Source: Zygnema circumcarinatum SAG 698-1b
Taxonomy: Eukaryota > Plantae > Zygnematophyceae
DNA length: 64,000 nucleotides
Direction of reading: 5' to 3'
NCBI GenBank assembly: GCA_037447605.1
Contig: CM074810.1
Location: forward strand, 1 to 64,000
Part shown: one piece after another, positions 40,790 through 52,958 of the stretch
How the letters are laid out: the number at the start of each line of letters is the position of its first letter
Numbering within the stretch: the stretch's first letter is position 1
Program-made: the position numbers and the translations under genes
Notes under the pieces: model-generated
What the model was told of the DNA's origin: nothing
The model's database searches: none
What the model saw: only the letters and a program-made list of their open reading frames with translations

Positions 40790-41414
40790 ATGCTCGGGGC
40801 GGACGGAGGAGAGAGAGAGAGCTATCTGTCTGGAAGGGCCCTCTGCTGCCCCTCCCCTCCTCTTGTTCCACGTTCGTCTTGAGTGCTGCGTCGGGAGTAG
40901 TTCCTTCAGCGGCGGTCGTGCCCGCCCGGCCGTGTTCCACCAAAGAGCTGCACGGACGAGACAGCCTCCGGGGGGAGGCTGGCGGGATGAAGATGCCCCT
41001 CAGCGGCCTTCCGAAAGTGGGGGGGGGGAACCGGAAGGCGCACGGCCTTGTGCTCGTTTTGCCCCATCCGACCTCAGCCGTCGGATCTGAGTGAACCTCG
41101 GGAGCTCTGTGTCGGTCTGTTCGCCGCATGGTCCCATTCCCGCACACGTGGCGACAGCAGCAGCGTGGACTTGGTGCAGGTCGCTTGTGGAGTCATGCGC
41201 GCTCCCTTGCATTGCTACCACGTGTCATTCACTCGGCGCTGCACCGATAGGCAGCAATAGCTTTTGTAAGAAGCTGCTTTTCCTTCTTGTACGGATACAC
41301 GTTGTTTGCGTCGAGGTTTTCCTCTTTATGAAAGGAGCCATTTGGGGGGGTTTCTCCTCTGAGCTGGGCGTGTCCTGGATGCTGCCTCCGTCAGTCGTCA
41401 CCGTCAAGGCGGGG

Positions 41415-41516
41415 CCCCTCCCCCTCCCCCTCCCCCTCCCCCTCCCCCTCCCCCTCCCCCTCCCCCTCCCATCGCTCGTCCACGCGGCACACTGCGCGCA
41501 CACACGAACACACACG

Positions 41517-41571
<55 letters not shown>
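41415..41571. repeat. Microsatellites (CCCCCT)n at 41415-41470 and (CA)n at 41499-41571
   Basis: Direct reading. Confidence 0.95.
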
Positions 41572-41574
<3 letters not shown>

Positions 41575-42113
41575 CTACCAACCATGGATGGATGGCACGG
41601 ATAGGGCCCAAAGGTTGGTTGGTTCCGCCCTCAATGCCACAAACGACTGTGCTTCACAACTGACCCGGCCCTTCCCTCGTTAGCCTCGCGCTGCCCGCTG
41701 AAGTCGAACACAGCCGCACGATTTGACCATCACTGGGGACAACATTTGCCCTCAATCCTATTTCCTTTACAAGAGGAAGACGGGACGGTGCCGCACTTGA
41801 CGCTTGGGGCAATAACAGTCGTTTTCGAATCTGAGATCCGCAGTGCCAAAGCGACACGTGGCAGTCAGCCAGCGGGGACTCGAATCCAAGGACCGTGCAC
41901 CGCGATTCGCGGCGCCCGTTAGTCAGGCAGTCCGTCCGTCCGTCCGTCCGTCCTGCGATGTTTCCGTGCCAGGCCGAGCGCATGGGCGCTAAGCGACTTC
42001 TCGGCGAGGGCGAGCCCCCCGCCACCACCGGCGAGCCGTGCGTACGGTCGAGGGCAGAGCCGGGCGGGGCGGGCTGTCAGGGTTTGAGCTTGGAGGGTTT
42101 TATACTTTTATTA

Positions 42114-42270
42114 GGGGGTGTCAGACTTAAAAAATTTCAGTACGCGTGTTCGTAAGTTTGACATCAGAACGAGTACTCCAGTATAATCACGATCCTCCTG
42201 CGGCGGAGTACTTTCGTAACCTTTTTTTTCGTAACGCTTTTCGTAAGATTTTGTTAAGTCTGACACCCCC
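42114..42270. mobile_element. MITE-like non-autonomous DNA transposon (157 bp)
   Basis: Terminal inverted repeats GGGGGTGTCAGACTTAA(A/C)AAAAT; flanked by TA on both sides (or ATT if the termini are shifted 1 bp); AT-rich island in GC-rich DNA; internal TTCGTAA x4. Confidence 0.85.
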
Positions 42271-43272
42271 TATTAGCCATACGGGAGCGAGGCGCGGTGG
42301 GAGACCGTACCGTACCGTATTATACCGTACTGGGGTCGGGGCGGGCGGCAGGCGGCGAGCTGCGCGACGTGGTGCGACCCCGCCGCGACAAGCGCGCCCT
42401 CCTCAGGTGCCGCGGGCGGCCAGGCGGGCGGTGCATTAATATGGATTTGTCGCGGCGCGGCCGCCCGGCGCCCTCTGCGCGGCGGTGAATCGTCCAAAGC
42501 CGCCGCGGGATCCGCGGAAACCGCCAGGCGGCCACGTCACCGCTCAGTGCGTGCGCCCGCCCGTCATGGTGTCAGGGCCCGCGAGGACAGAGGGAGTGAG
42601 GGAGGGTGCGAGAGCGCGAGGGCGAGAGCGCGAGGCAAGGGCGGGGCGGGGCCGGCCTGCCCGCCTGCCTGCCTGCGCGTGCGCCAAATACAAAATCCTT
42701 TTGGCAGAGCAAGGAAAGGAAAGGTACGCACGCACGCCCGCTTTTGCTGCTTGCTGCTGCCTGCCGCGAGTCTTCTCTCGCAGTGCGTACGAGTGCCGTA
42801 CAGTACGGGCTCACCGCAGGCACCCGCGCCGTACAGTGAACCACGTGGGCTCTTGTCCGAGCGGCCGCACGGAGCCGATCCGCGCGCTCCCTCCGCCCCG
42901 CCCGCCCGCGGGAACGAACGAACGAACCACCAACCGACGGCCCAACGAACGGCCCGCGGCCGCAGAGAGCGCAAGTGGACCCGGACCGCAGCGGACGGGC
43001 GGGCGGGCGGCACAGTGAACCCGGGCGCACAAGTGGACTCAGGGGCCCGCAGTTGATCCGCGGGGCGCCTCCCTCCCTCCCCTCCCTGAAAAACGATCGC
43101 CGACCCTCGCTCCCTCCCGCCCGCCTGCCCTCTCTGCCGCCCGCCCGCCCGCCCTCGCGCGTTTAATTCCCGCGGCCCTTGCCATCTCCTCCGCCATCTC
43201 CCTCTCCCTCTCCCTCTCCTTCTCCCTCTCCCTCGTCCTCTTCCACGGCGGAAAGGCTGTGGCTGTCGCGCC

Positions 43273-45201
43273 ATGGGATCCCTCAGCGAGCCTTCGCTCT
43301 CGCAGCAGCCATTGCAGATACGGAAAGGCTATGCAGACACGTCCTATGGCCAGATTCATTATCGCCGGTAACACACCGACCTCTTCCCTTCCGTGAAACA
43401 CATGCAGCTTAGAACTTACGCCATGCACGCTTGTGTTTAATGCTCAATTAGCTCTTGTGTATGGCGACGACAGTTTGCGGAGCATGAGCAACAGGCTCGA
43501 ATGGGGTTAGGATCTGGTTTATCATTACATCCTGAATACTTTGGGATACATTTGGAGTCCAAGTGTTAACGCAATAGAACATATTGCGCTCGTCATGCGC
43601 GAGCAGAACATCGTTTGCAGGGTGGCAAACTGATTCCCAACACCTGTAGCTGCCCTCCATCCTCCTCATGAGCATCTCTCTCTCTCTTTGCGGTGCCGGC
43701 CGCTCTGTCAAGTGGTTGCAAGTGAGCAGAGTTTAGAGGGCTTGAGTCGGCGGTGGCTGGCAGGTGCGGCGAGGGCCCCCCGGCGGTGCTGCTGCTGCAC
43801 GCGGCGGCCGCGTCGTCGGCAATGTTCGCGTCGGCGCTGCCCCGCCTCGCGGCGCGCGGCCTCGCGGCGGCGGCGCTGGACCTGCCCAACTGCGGCGAGT
43901 CCTATGCGGGCGCGGGGGAGCCGCGGCTGCCCGACCTCGCCAACGCCTTGCTCGAGGCCGCGCAGCAGATCGGCTTCCCGCCCGCCTTCTACGTGGTCAG
44001 CCTCTCAACAGGGCCTCTGCTTGTCCTTGCTTGGTAGCTGTTATGCGGAACCCTCGCTGCCTGCTTTTGTGGGAAAAAAATCCTCGTTTTTCAAGGAGCG
44101 TTCGGGTGAACAGCAGCTTTGTTCTCCCTTCAAGCATATGGATGTCCACTTTGCTTTCTTCGATCCGAAATACCTTCTTCAGCACTCTCCCGCAGTTCGG
44201 CCGTTCAACTCTCCCGCCTTGTTCACTTCTTTTGCATTTGTGGTAAAACTCTATTTTGGTATAACGTTCTTATGCGACCTCTCCCTCTTCTCATTTTCTC
44301 TCTCTCTCATCATGTTGCATGTCCAGGTTGGTCATCAAGCAGGCGCTTCCATGGCCATACACCTTGCGGCACAGTTTCCGGAGTTGGTGAAAAAATTGGT
44401 TCTGTGGGGCGTACCTGTGATGAGCGTGATGAAGCGCGGAGATGTTCTGAGAGAGGAGCCGCCCGACTACAAGGGCGACTTCTTTGGAGTGATCCAATCT
44501 TTCATCGCTGAACGCTTTCCCGATGAAGACTATCCCTGGCAGCTCAAGGTACACAAGCTTTCCATGTTTTGCTGTATCAAGACGGACACTTCCAAACAAA
44601 GCCTCTCAGCATACCCTCCCACAGCCGAGCACAAAAAAATCCACAGAAAACAAAACGACTCAGACTCCTTGCTTGCTTGCAGGTGCGCGGTTTAGTCGAC
44701 ATGCTGCAGAGCGGCGAGCGGCGGCCATGGACCACGCGCCCTATGGCGCTGTGCGACCACGAGGGCCTCCTGCGGCAGATCCGACAGCCCACCCTCTGCC
44801 TCGCGGGGGACCTCGAGCCCCTCCAGAAGGCCACCATGAAGGCCGCCCTGCTCCTCTCCAACGGCAAGTACCACAACTTGGGCCCCGCGGGCTGCGACGT
44901 CGCGGACGAGTTCCCCGCCGAGTACGTGCAGGCGGTCGCGGAGTTCCTGAAGGTCCCCGGGGTCCCCCTGGAGCGGTCGAGCTGCACCATCCCCGAGGAC
45001 AAGAAGCCCGACCCCCCCCGCCGCGCCTCCGCGCACGCGACCGCCCCCCCCGAGGAGCTGCTCGCCTCGCCCGCCTCCTCCCCCTCCGCGGGGGACTTTG
45101 GGGCGGACCTGGCAGAGCGACGGAACTCCGAATCCGAAGGAAGGAGCTTTACTGAAAAGAGGCGGACGACCTTGAAGAGTTTGCTCAAAGGAAAGTTTTG
45201 A
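43273..45201 (+). CDS. Alpha/beta-hydrolase-fold protein A, atypical nucleophile elbow GHQAG, 4 exons
   Basis: Exons 43273-43367, 43764-43995, 44327-44548, 44683-45201. IRKGYADTSYGQIHYRR, VLLLH, ALDLPNCGES, VGHQAGASMA, PELVKKLVLWG, PTLCLAGDLE, DEFPAEYVQAVAEFL. Confidence 0.88.
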
Positions 45202-45654
45202 ACCTGAGGGGAGTCAAGGCGGCGGCTGAAGAAGTTTGGGAGAGCTGCAGGCCTGGTTTGGGCTGGGCTGGGCTGCTGCCATGGCCGGTTCAGAGCACTG
45301 CTGCCTGCCAGACTTGGAACCCCGCGGATGTATGTATTCGTAGGTATTGTTAAATGACGCAGATATGCGTGCTTGTACATATTGGAGGATAGGCAGTGAA
45401 CACGAAGGGCGCTGAAACGGGGGGCGCTGCGAAGATAGACTCTAAACCTGCGGCTTGCAGAAGGGGGATGTAGCGAAGGGTGATGGCCGAGAGGGTGGGG
45501 GCGCACGCCCCTGTCTCCAGTGATAGATCAGACTCGATTTTTTTAGCCTTAACTTTCAAACCATTGCACGAGTGATCAGGAGTCTGTCTGATTGGCACAA
45601 GAGAGAGAGAGAGAGAGCTAGAGAGGGAGAGCGAGAGAGAGTGGGTGACAAAGC

Positions 45655-45687
<33 letters not shown>

Positions 45688-46093
45688 AGAGGGAGCGAGC
45701 GCGCATCCTTTGAGAGCAGAGTCGAGCAAGGCCGAGCGGCGGCCCCGCGTGCCCGCAATAGTCCGTTAGTATGTTCGTACGGACGCCAGCGCCCTTGTAC
45801 GACCGCTGAACGCACAGCATGCGCTTCACCGACATGGGCCGTACAGGTCGCACCGCCGCGCACGGTTCGTGGTGTACGGCTCGCTCGTCAGCTGGTGCAC
45901 GCGTCCGTACAGACTGCCCGGCTCGCGTGTCCGTACCAGAGACCGCCCGTACGGCCGCCCGCCCAGGCGGTGGCTGGTGGGGCCGGGGACCGCAGCGCTT
46001 CCTCCGGGGCGAGGGCGAGGGAGAGGGAGAGGGAGAGGGAGAGGGAAAGAGAGAGGAAGAGGGAGGGAGAGGGGGCGAGGGAGAGGGCCCCCC

Positions 46094-46709
46094 ATGGCCT
46101 GCGAGCCGCGCCGCTGCGACTCGTCCACCTTGGTCTCGAGATCGGGCTCGGGCTCGGGCTCTGCCTCGGCAAGCACAGGCAGCGGCAGAGGGCGAGGTGG
46201 CGACCCGCGGGAGGAGGGCAGCGCTCCGAAGAGCAAGCGCGCGCGCACGGAGCGGCGCGACTGCGAGCCTGCCGCCGCGCTGGAGGAGGGCTCCGTGGCC
46301 GTGCACGGGCGGCAGCTGCACTACCGCAGGTGCGCGGCCGACTGTGCGGGGCTCCTGACAGGGATGGGGGAAGAAGGGGGAGGCGGCCGTTTCGAATGTG
46401 CTTGCTTGCGGATAACGAGGTTCACTTCAGAAAGGGAAGCTTCAGGTTTGGGAGGGAATTTTGTGCCACTCAGATGATGAACTGTCTTCTGAAGGCGGGA
46501 GGATTGGTGGTTCCGATGTGGCTGGAAAGCAGCCGCATGAGTTCTGAAGTCGTTCGGCTTCGAGAAGCCAAATTCGACTTTGCTTTGCTAATTTTGGCTA
46601 AATTTCCTTATCTTCCGCTTTGTGTTGTAGCAGGCATATTGCTGTGTAGAAAACCGCAGATGTAGCAGGATGCTGTTGCTTTAATGGCCTTAAGAAACCG
46701 ATCCCCTTC

Positions 46710-46746
<37 letters not shown>

Positions 46747-47839
46747 CCCCCCCCCCCCCCCCCNNNNNNNNNNCCCCCCCCCTTTGCCCCAACCAGTCCC
46801 CAGAGTCTGGATCCCCCCTTTGCGTCCTAAAATAATGCGGAGTTGTTGGAGCCAACCTCCTCCTTGACAGCGCTGTTCTTATCGGTGGACAGGCTTTTCT
46901 GAACGGGGGTTCAGGTGCGGAGAGGCGGCGGAGAGGGCCGTCCTACTGCTGCATGGAACGCCGTCATCTTCTGCCATGTTTTTGCGAATTCTGCCGGAGC
47001 TGGCGGCTAAAGGCTACGCCGCGGCAGCTCTGGATCTGCCCAACTGCGGGGAGTCCTTCTTCACGGAGGCGGAGCTGGAAATAAAAGACATGGCAGACGC
47101 CGCCATGGGAGCTGCAGACGCCCTGAATTTTCCATTCTCCTTCGCAGTGGTAAGGAGATCCCCTTTTCGGCCGAGAGTCTCTCTCTCATACGCTGGGGGT
47201 GCCCTACTTACTGACTGCCTCCTGTGTGCAGATCGGCCACCACACGGGCGCGGCAGTGGCCCTGCAGATTGCGGCGGACGCGCCGGCTCGCGTGAGGCGG
47301 GCGGTGCTTTGGGGCGTGCCGCTACCCTCCGCGGAGCAGCGGGCGGCCGCGCTCGAGCAGCGGGAGCAGGAGACCGCCTGCCTGAGCACGCAGCAGCTTG
47401 AGGTCTGATGTCCGTACATGGAGCGAAAGAGTGTTGCTTAATGTGACGCAAGACTCGGCTCTTTTTCGCACAAAAATATGTAGAAACGGGGAAAGGCGGA
47501 GCAGTGTGCGTTGAGAACGAGGCTGATTATAGAGAGTGTGATGGGGCTGGGCGATAGCAGGTGAGGGGAGCGACAGCTGCTCTGCAAGCGCCCGACCGCC
47601 TGCGTTGGGGCCAAAGGGCGGCTGCAAGAGTGGACTACGAGACCCTCCTGCGCAGAGTGGACCAGCAGGTGCTCTGCCTCGCAGGGGACCTTGAGACGCT
47701 GCAGCTTCCCACCATGAAGGCGGCATCGCTGCTGCGGCGCGGCCGGTACCACCACGTTGGGGCAGCCGGCCCGCGCGTGGTCGACGAGCTCCCTGAAAAG
47801 TACCTGGAAGTGGTGCACGAGTTTCTCTCGGCTCCGTAG
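46094..47839 (+). CDS. Alpha/beta-hydrolase-fold protein B, tandem paralogue of A, elbow GHHTG, 4 exons
   Basis: Exons 46094-46329, 46915-47149, 47232-47402, 47561-47839; same three intron positions and phases as gene A. LLLHGTPSSS, ALDLPNCGES, IGHHTGAAVA, VLCLAGDLE, DELPEKYLEVVHEFL. Confidence 0.88.
46764..46773. other. Assembly gap (10 N) inside a poly-C run in intron 1 of gene B
   Basis: Run of N characters. Confidence 1.
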
Positions 47840-49408
47840 GCTGGGAGAGGAGTGGGAGGGGGAGGAGTTGTGGCTGCCAACGCAAGTCAGGCGGTTCCTG
47901 TACATATAGAGAGGCTCACCTGAACAAGGTCAGGTTTTTGGAAGAGGGAAAGGGAGGAAGATGGCAGCTTTTATTCCACGAAGTTCCCCCCTCCCCCCGC
48001 CCCCCGCTTTGTTGCAATTTGCCCTGTTTTATCGGTTTAGATTGTCAGGTGAGGGCTATCCACAGTGTTGTCGGTTGTTCGCATTCTGACATCGATTGAT
48101 GATCAATTCCCGCATTGGTTTCTGTTCAAGTGAAGCCCTTATGGAGGATTTTGCAAGGAGGGAGGTACCATGGATTGCGTACTGTGTTGTTGTACACGCC
48201 GGAAGGGAGGGCCTAGGCTGGGGGAGGCAAGCAGACCTTTGTGCTGCGGTTGTGAGGATGTCTCTCGTCGAAAGCCTGCAGTGTTGCTCTGGAATCACGG
48301 AAGCGGAGGCCGGTGCAGACATGCTGCTGTGTCTGGAGTCTGTGATCGTGCGAGAAAGGCAATGACTCAGGCAGGCAGTGCCAAGAGAGTAAGCCTGTGC
48401 CCCCACAGAGTGTGTGGGACTTCGGTCCTATAGACAGAGCTGCCCTCGCTCTCTCTGCTCGCTGAGAGGCTGGCTTGGAGGGAACGATGAATTTTGATCA
48501 GCAGCAACCGTGCCGCGTTTGGCAGGACGTAGCGCCGTGAGGCAGAAACAAAACAATGGCTGATCCCAAAATTGCCCACTCCCACTGCCAAGCCATGCAG
48601 TACACAGTCGCTCATAAGAGCACGAGCGTTACATTAAAGATTCAATGAAAGCGGGAAACAAGGCTTCCCAACGCCTGCCGTGATACCTACTACACCAGCG
48701 CGATTTTTGAATTTGCTTACAAATTAACGAATCTCGTGGGCGATCTCCTGAGCATGCATGCATGCCAGCCTATGCATGGCTCCATTTCCAGCACCAGTCC
48801 ACACGCGCGTGTGTTCGCAGCAGGGAACAAACAACGTGGAGCCATGAGATCACCAAGGGCAGCATTCGCGTCTCCCGTCGGAGCCGCTTCCCACTGGCGA
48901 GCGGGCGCGCTGTCTGAAGACATCCATCAACTCCCTCGCTGTTAACAGTCGCAAATGCGAATCCAACTGGCGAGCACCGTACCTTGCTCAACTGCTCTGC
49001 TTCACTTCACAGCTAGGCCTGGTTAGCTCACACATCTGTTTGGAGGTGCGGATACTCTTTCTATGGACCCTATTGAGGCCAGTTCCAAAGGTACAAATAG
49101 ACGGACGTTCTGAAGTGCAAGGTGTTATTTCCATGCAGTGCAGAGACTCCGCTCCGCAGTCCCCAAGTTCCAGACTGACCTTAAACGCTCCCCCTCACGC
49201 TCGCTGACTCCCACTTTGTGAGACTAGGTTGATATTACGGATACGGCTGCCAATATACTCGATTCAACTCAAGTGACAAAGGCATTCTGGAGGCAGAGTG
49301 CTCCACAGTGGGTTGAACCACTTACAGTGTGCTAGATTCTCTGGAATGAAATAAAGCAATGTTTCTGAGCGTTTCACTTGGGCTCCACGTATGGTTAAAA
49401 TAAAGATA

Positions 49409-52400
49409 TCAGCTTTTGCCCATCTTTTCGGGCAGTGTCGACCCACGCCGAGTCTCTTTAGCCCTGACGTGGTTGTACATCACTACTCCTGCGAAAGCTG
49501 TTCCAGGCCACCTCCAACACCCAAGCCATTCACACATCCTTCGCACACTCATCTCCACTACCCTTCACGTTGCCTCCACTACGTCCCAACTCTCTCCTCC
49601 ATTCCCTTTCCCACTCCCCAAACGACTTCCTCACTACTCTTCCGACAATCTTCAACACGCCCCATGCTGAAGCAGGAACGAAAGAGTTAGCCACAGAATC
49701 TGCCCTCATCAACGGCTGACTCCTAGCCGTACCAGCCTATAGTGGGGAGGGACCTGCCACGCACCTAGGGTGTAGCCTCCAATAGTGACCGCTGTCAAGC
49801 GCGCATCAGGGAAAACGACGGTAGACAGGCCAATCAGCAGCCAGTCCTTCACAACACTGGCGACGCGCACAGTGACAGCACTCGTCCGGCCGAGAACCAC
49901 AAATGTGGATAAGTTGAGAGCGAGGGCACAAAGCGCACTTGAAAAGAATACAAGGAAATTGAACGGTACGGGGTTCGCCAACATCTGTGTTCTTTCAATG
50001 AAGAACCAGGGGATTGACAAAAAGACAAGGCTGTGGACAAAGATCACATATACATGACATGAACATTTGTAAGAAAAAGGAACACAGGGACATGTCATTT
50101 CACTGCACTGCTGCAAACAACAGCCTTGTCGAGGAGGACCCAACACCACAATACCAACAGCCTAGTGGTTAGTGACCTGAGGGGGGCAAAGCAATACTGA
50201 CTGGAAATAGGACTAGAGGCGGCAATGTTATAGAGAAGAGCGCAACGTGATTTTTTTGAAGCAGGTCAACAAAACCAACAGAACATCATCGATTAATGCC
50301 TTCAGAATTGAAAGCAACCTGAATAGACAAAATTGCAATAAATCTACAATTGTAAAAATTGCGAATAGGAAGCTTACCTGCAGGGAGCAATGTAGTAAAG
50401 GCTTGTGATAGGATTAAGGGTGAGCCCCTTCTTCTGTAGCAGCACTTGGGTCAGCACTAGTCGTAGCGCTTCACAGCAGATTCCAGTAATCTGATAGGCT
50501 GTGCCTAAAACGTTGAAATGAATTTCACCATATGATGCCACGGCTACTCCTCCACTTATCCAAACCATAATCGCAAAGATGTCGAGACGAGGCCGATCGG
50601 TTGCGCACAACACGCCCATGAAGAACGTGGCAACAGGCACTGCTCCAAGTACACAGGATGACAGAATTGCTTGTGAAACACGCTCCTTTACACTGAGTAT
50701 GCCTGATGATACTCTTCAACGTGCAGCAGCATTGCTCACGATTGACCATTACACGCGGGGACTTACTCAGGGACTTCAGCATTTGGATGAAAGCGACGGA
50801 AAGGTACAGGTATGCAGAATTTCCAAACCTGCAATGCCAACCGTTGAACATAATAAGTTGCCTTTCGTGAGTCTGCAGTTGAACCTCCGATCTGCCAAAG
50901 GACAAAAAACGACCTCTGCCCCTCGCCTTTCTCCCTCCCGCTCTCCCTCTCTGTCTCTCCCCCCTTTCTCTCACACACACTCTCTCCCCCCTTGTCCCTC
51001 CCCTTCTTTCTCTTTCTACTTTCCCCCTCTTCCCACTCTGCCACTATACCTCCTACTCGCTTTACTGGCCTAGACACAGACGGATTCAATCCTCAAATTT
51101 GGCAAAGTCTCTGCCATTGCCGATTGGAGGAGGCCCCTTCATCCTGCCATACGTAAGGGCTCACAGAAGGCGACTCACCAGAGGCTTGCTGCAAACAGTG
51201 CGCTAATCGGGACTACACAAGTGGTATATCTGCATGGTCCACATAGGAATAATAAAGAGCTGAATTAAACAATAGGTCCAACAAAAAGGAAGATGACTCT
51301 GAGAAGAAGTTAGCTTGTCCTACTCTTACAGATTCGGTCCTCCTTCCAACTTGGAACCATCCCTAACATGCTGAAGAAGAGGCTACAAGAGATATTAAAG
51401 AATGAAATAACCTTATCCATTCCAAAAGTCTTTGCACATTAAACTACGGCTTCATAGACCTTAGCAAGTATGACAAAATGCCACACATACAGAGTCTTTC
51501 TCTCAGACTAATTTGCCTCCATTTCCGACAAGGTTACAGAGTTATTCAATCGAGTCTCAACGAAAAAATTTACAAAGAACAAAGTGCGGACTCGCGGTTG
51601 ATCAAAAGTCGCAAGAAGAAGCTATCATCGCAAGAGACAAAGGTGAGAGAGACAGCTGGCGCTGCCCGAGGAGCCTTACATTGCTGCCGTCATCTTGACT
51701 GGTTCCACCAGCTGGCAGCACAACGAGACACGAAGCAACGCGACAGAGTTACTGGAGCTTCAAACTAACAAGGGTCACTTCCGAGCCAAATATCCAGTAC
51801 CAAGATTGTGAGGGGGGAGCCAGGGAAAAGGAATGAATCAAGTAGGAGTACGGGAAGGAAAGAGCGGAGGAGCCGACAGATGGTAGATACGAGTACAGTC
51901 AGCTTAAATCACTACCCTTCGTCGACTAACTAAACCTTTTGCGGAAAAATAAACATAACTGGAAGCTACAATAAGTGGCATTTTGCCAAGAAAAACGTAC
52001 ATACTGCTGTATCGCCTAAGCTAACCAGGAAAAGCACCAAAAATACCGACCTTGAGTACATGAACAAGTAGTGCGGCGACAGATCCTGAAAATGCCATGT
52101 GGATCATGGTAAGCGTGATTGGAAATGGAAACCCGAAGTAATCTTTGGCCAATATCCACTGCACACGTGCAAAATACCGTTTACAATGGAGTCAAGCAGA
52201 AGCAGCAACTGAAACAGTTCAAAAAAGATTCGTTCAGTTCACCGGCTTTTTTCATTTTCCTGATGATGCCATTGCAATGCAACTGTTTCCAGTGAAGCGC
52301 GTCCTCCGAACAACCTCTGGAGCAATCGCACACCTTGTTGTACATAATGACTCCTGCAGAGAGAGCGATGTAGATGGCGAGAGAGAGGTAGGTGAGAAAG

Positions 52401-52432
52401 GCCGCGCGCGTGATTCCAAAGGAGGAGGCCAT
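49409..52432 (-). CDS. Nucleotide-sugar / sugar-phosphate translocator (TPT/DMT family), 8 exons
   Basis: Exons 52432-52334, 52158-52051, 51710-51679, 51229-51179, 50828-50766, 50639-50378, 50030-49765, 49497-49409. GFPFPITLTMIHM, FGNSAYLYLSVAFIQMLKSLMPVA, EALRLVLTQVLLQKKGLTLNPITSLYYIAPC, VKDWLLI. Confidence 0.93.
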
Positions 52433-52958
52433 GGCGGGCTTCAAGTAACAGAGTGTGGAGAATGGGGAGCGGAGAGGACTGTATCTCCTCTCCACTTCTC
52501 TCCCCCCTCTCCTCTCTCCCCTGTTCTTCCCTGCAAGGGAAACAGCAGCCGCAGCGCGGGCGCGGTCAGCGGTCCGCCGGAACTTGGAAACTCAACGGAC
52601 GGACGGACGGACGGACGGACTGACGGAGGGGCGGGCGGGCGGGCAGCTCCGCGAAACGCGGGGGACAGGGCGCGTGGCGCGGAGGGAGGGAGGGAGGGAG
52701 GGAGGGAGGGAGGGAGAGAGGGAGGGCCGCGTGCGGAGCGGGGCTGCTGCTGCTGCTGCTACTGCGGGGAGAGGGGGGGGCGGGGGCGGGGCTGCAGCGC
52801 GGTGTGGGTGTGGGCATGGGCTCGCGCGCAGGCTGAGACTGCGAATGAGGACGAGGGGGGGGCCCTACGGCACTGGAAGCGGGACGGGACGGGGCGGGTC
52901 GGTCCTGGAGGCGTGAGGGAGTGGGGGAACCTCGCCTGCTTCAACGAGACTGCGCGCG

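Noticed and set aside
41640-41900. Structured ncRNA (snoRNA, SRP, MRP) between MED20 and the MITE
   Set aside because: No match to remembered consensus sequences or box motifs. A covariance-model search (Infernal/Rfam) would be needed.
40790-43270. Many overlapping Arg/Gly/Pro/Ala-rich ORFs (also 24415-24998, 28206-28748, 45350-46665, 52145-52987)
   Set aside because: These are by-products of GC-rich promoters and simple repeats; no domains were recognised.
35562-47839. A copper-related gene cluster (COMMD4, peroxiredoxin, GTAC-rich promoters)
   Set aside because: The COMMD4 promoter is not GTAC-rich, COMMD4 is a general trafficking subunit, and the neighbours are unrelated housekeeping genes.
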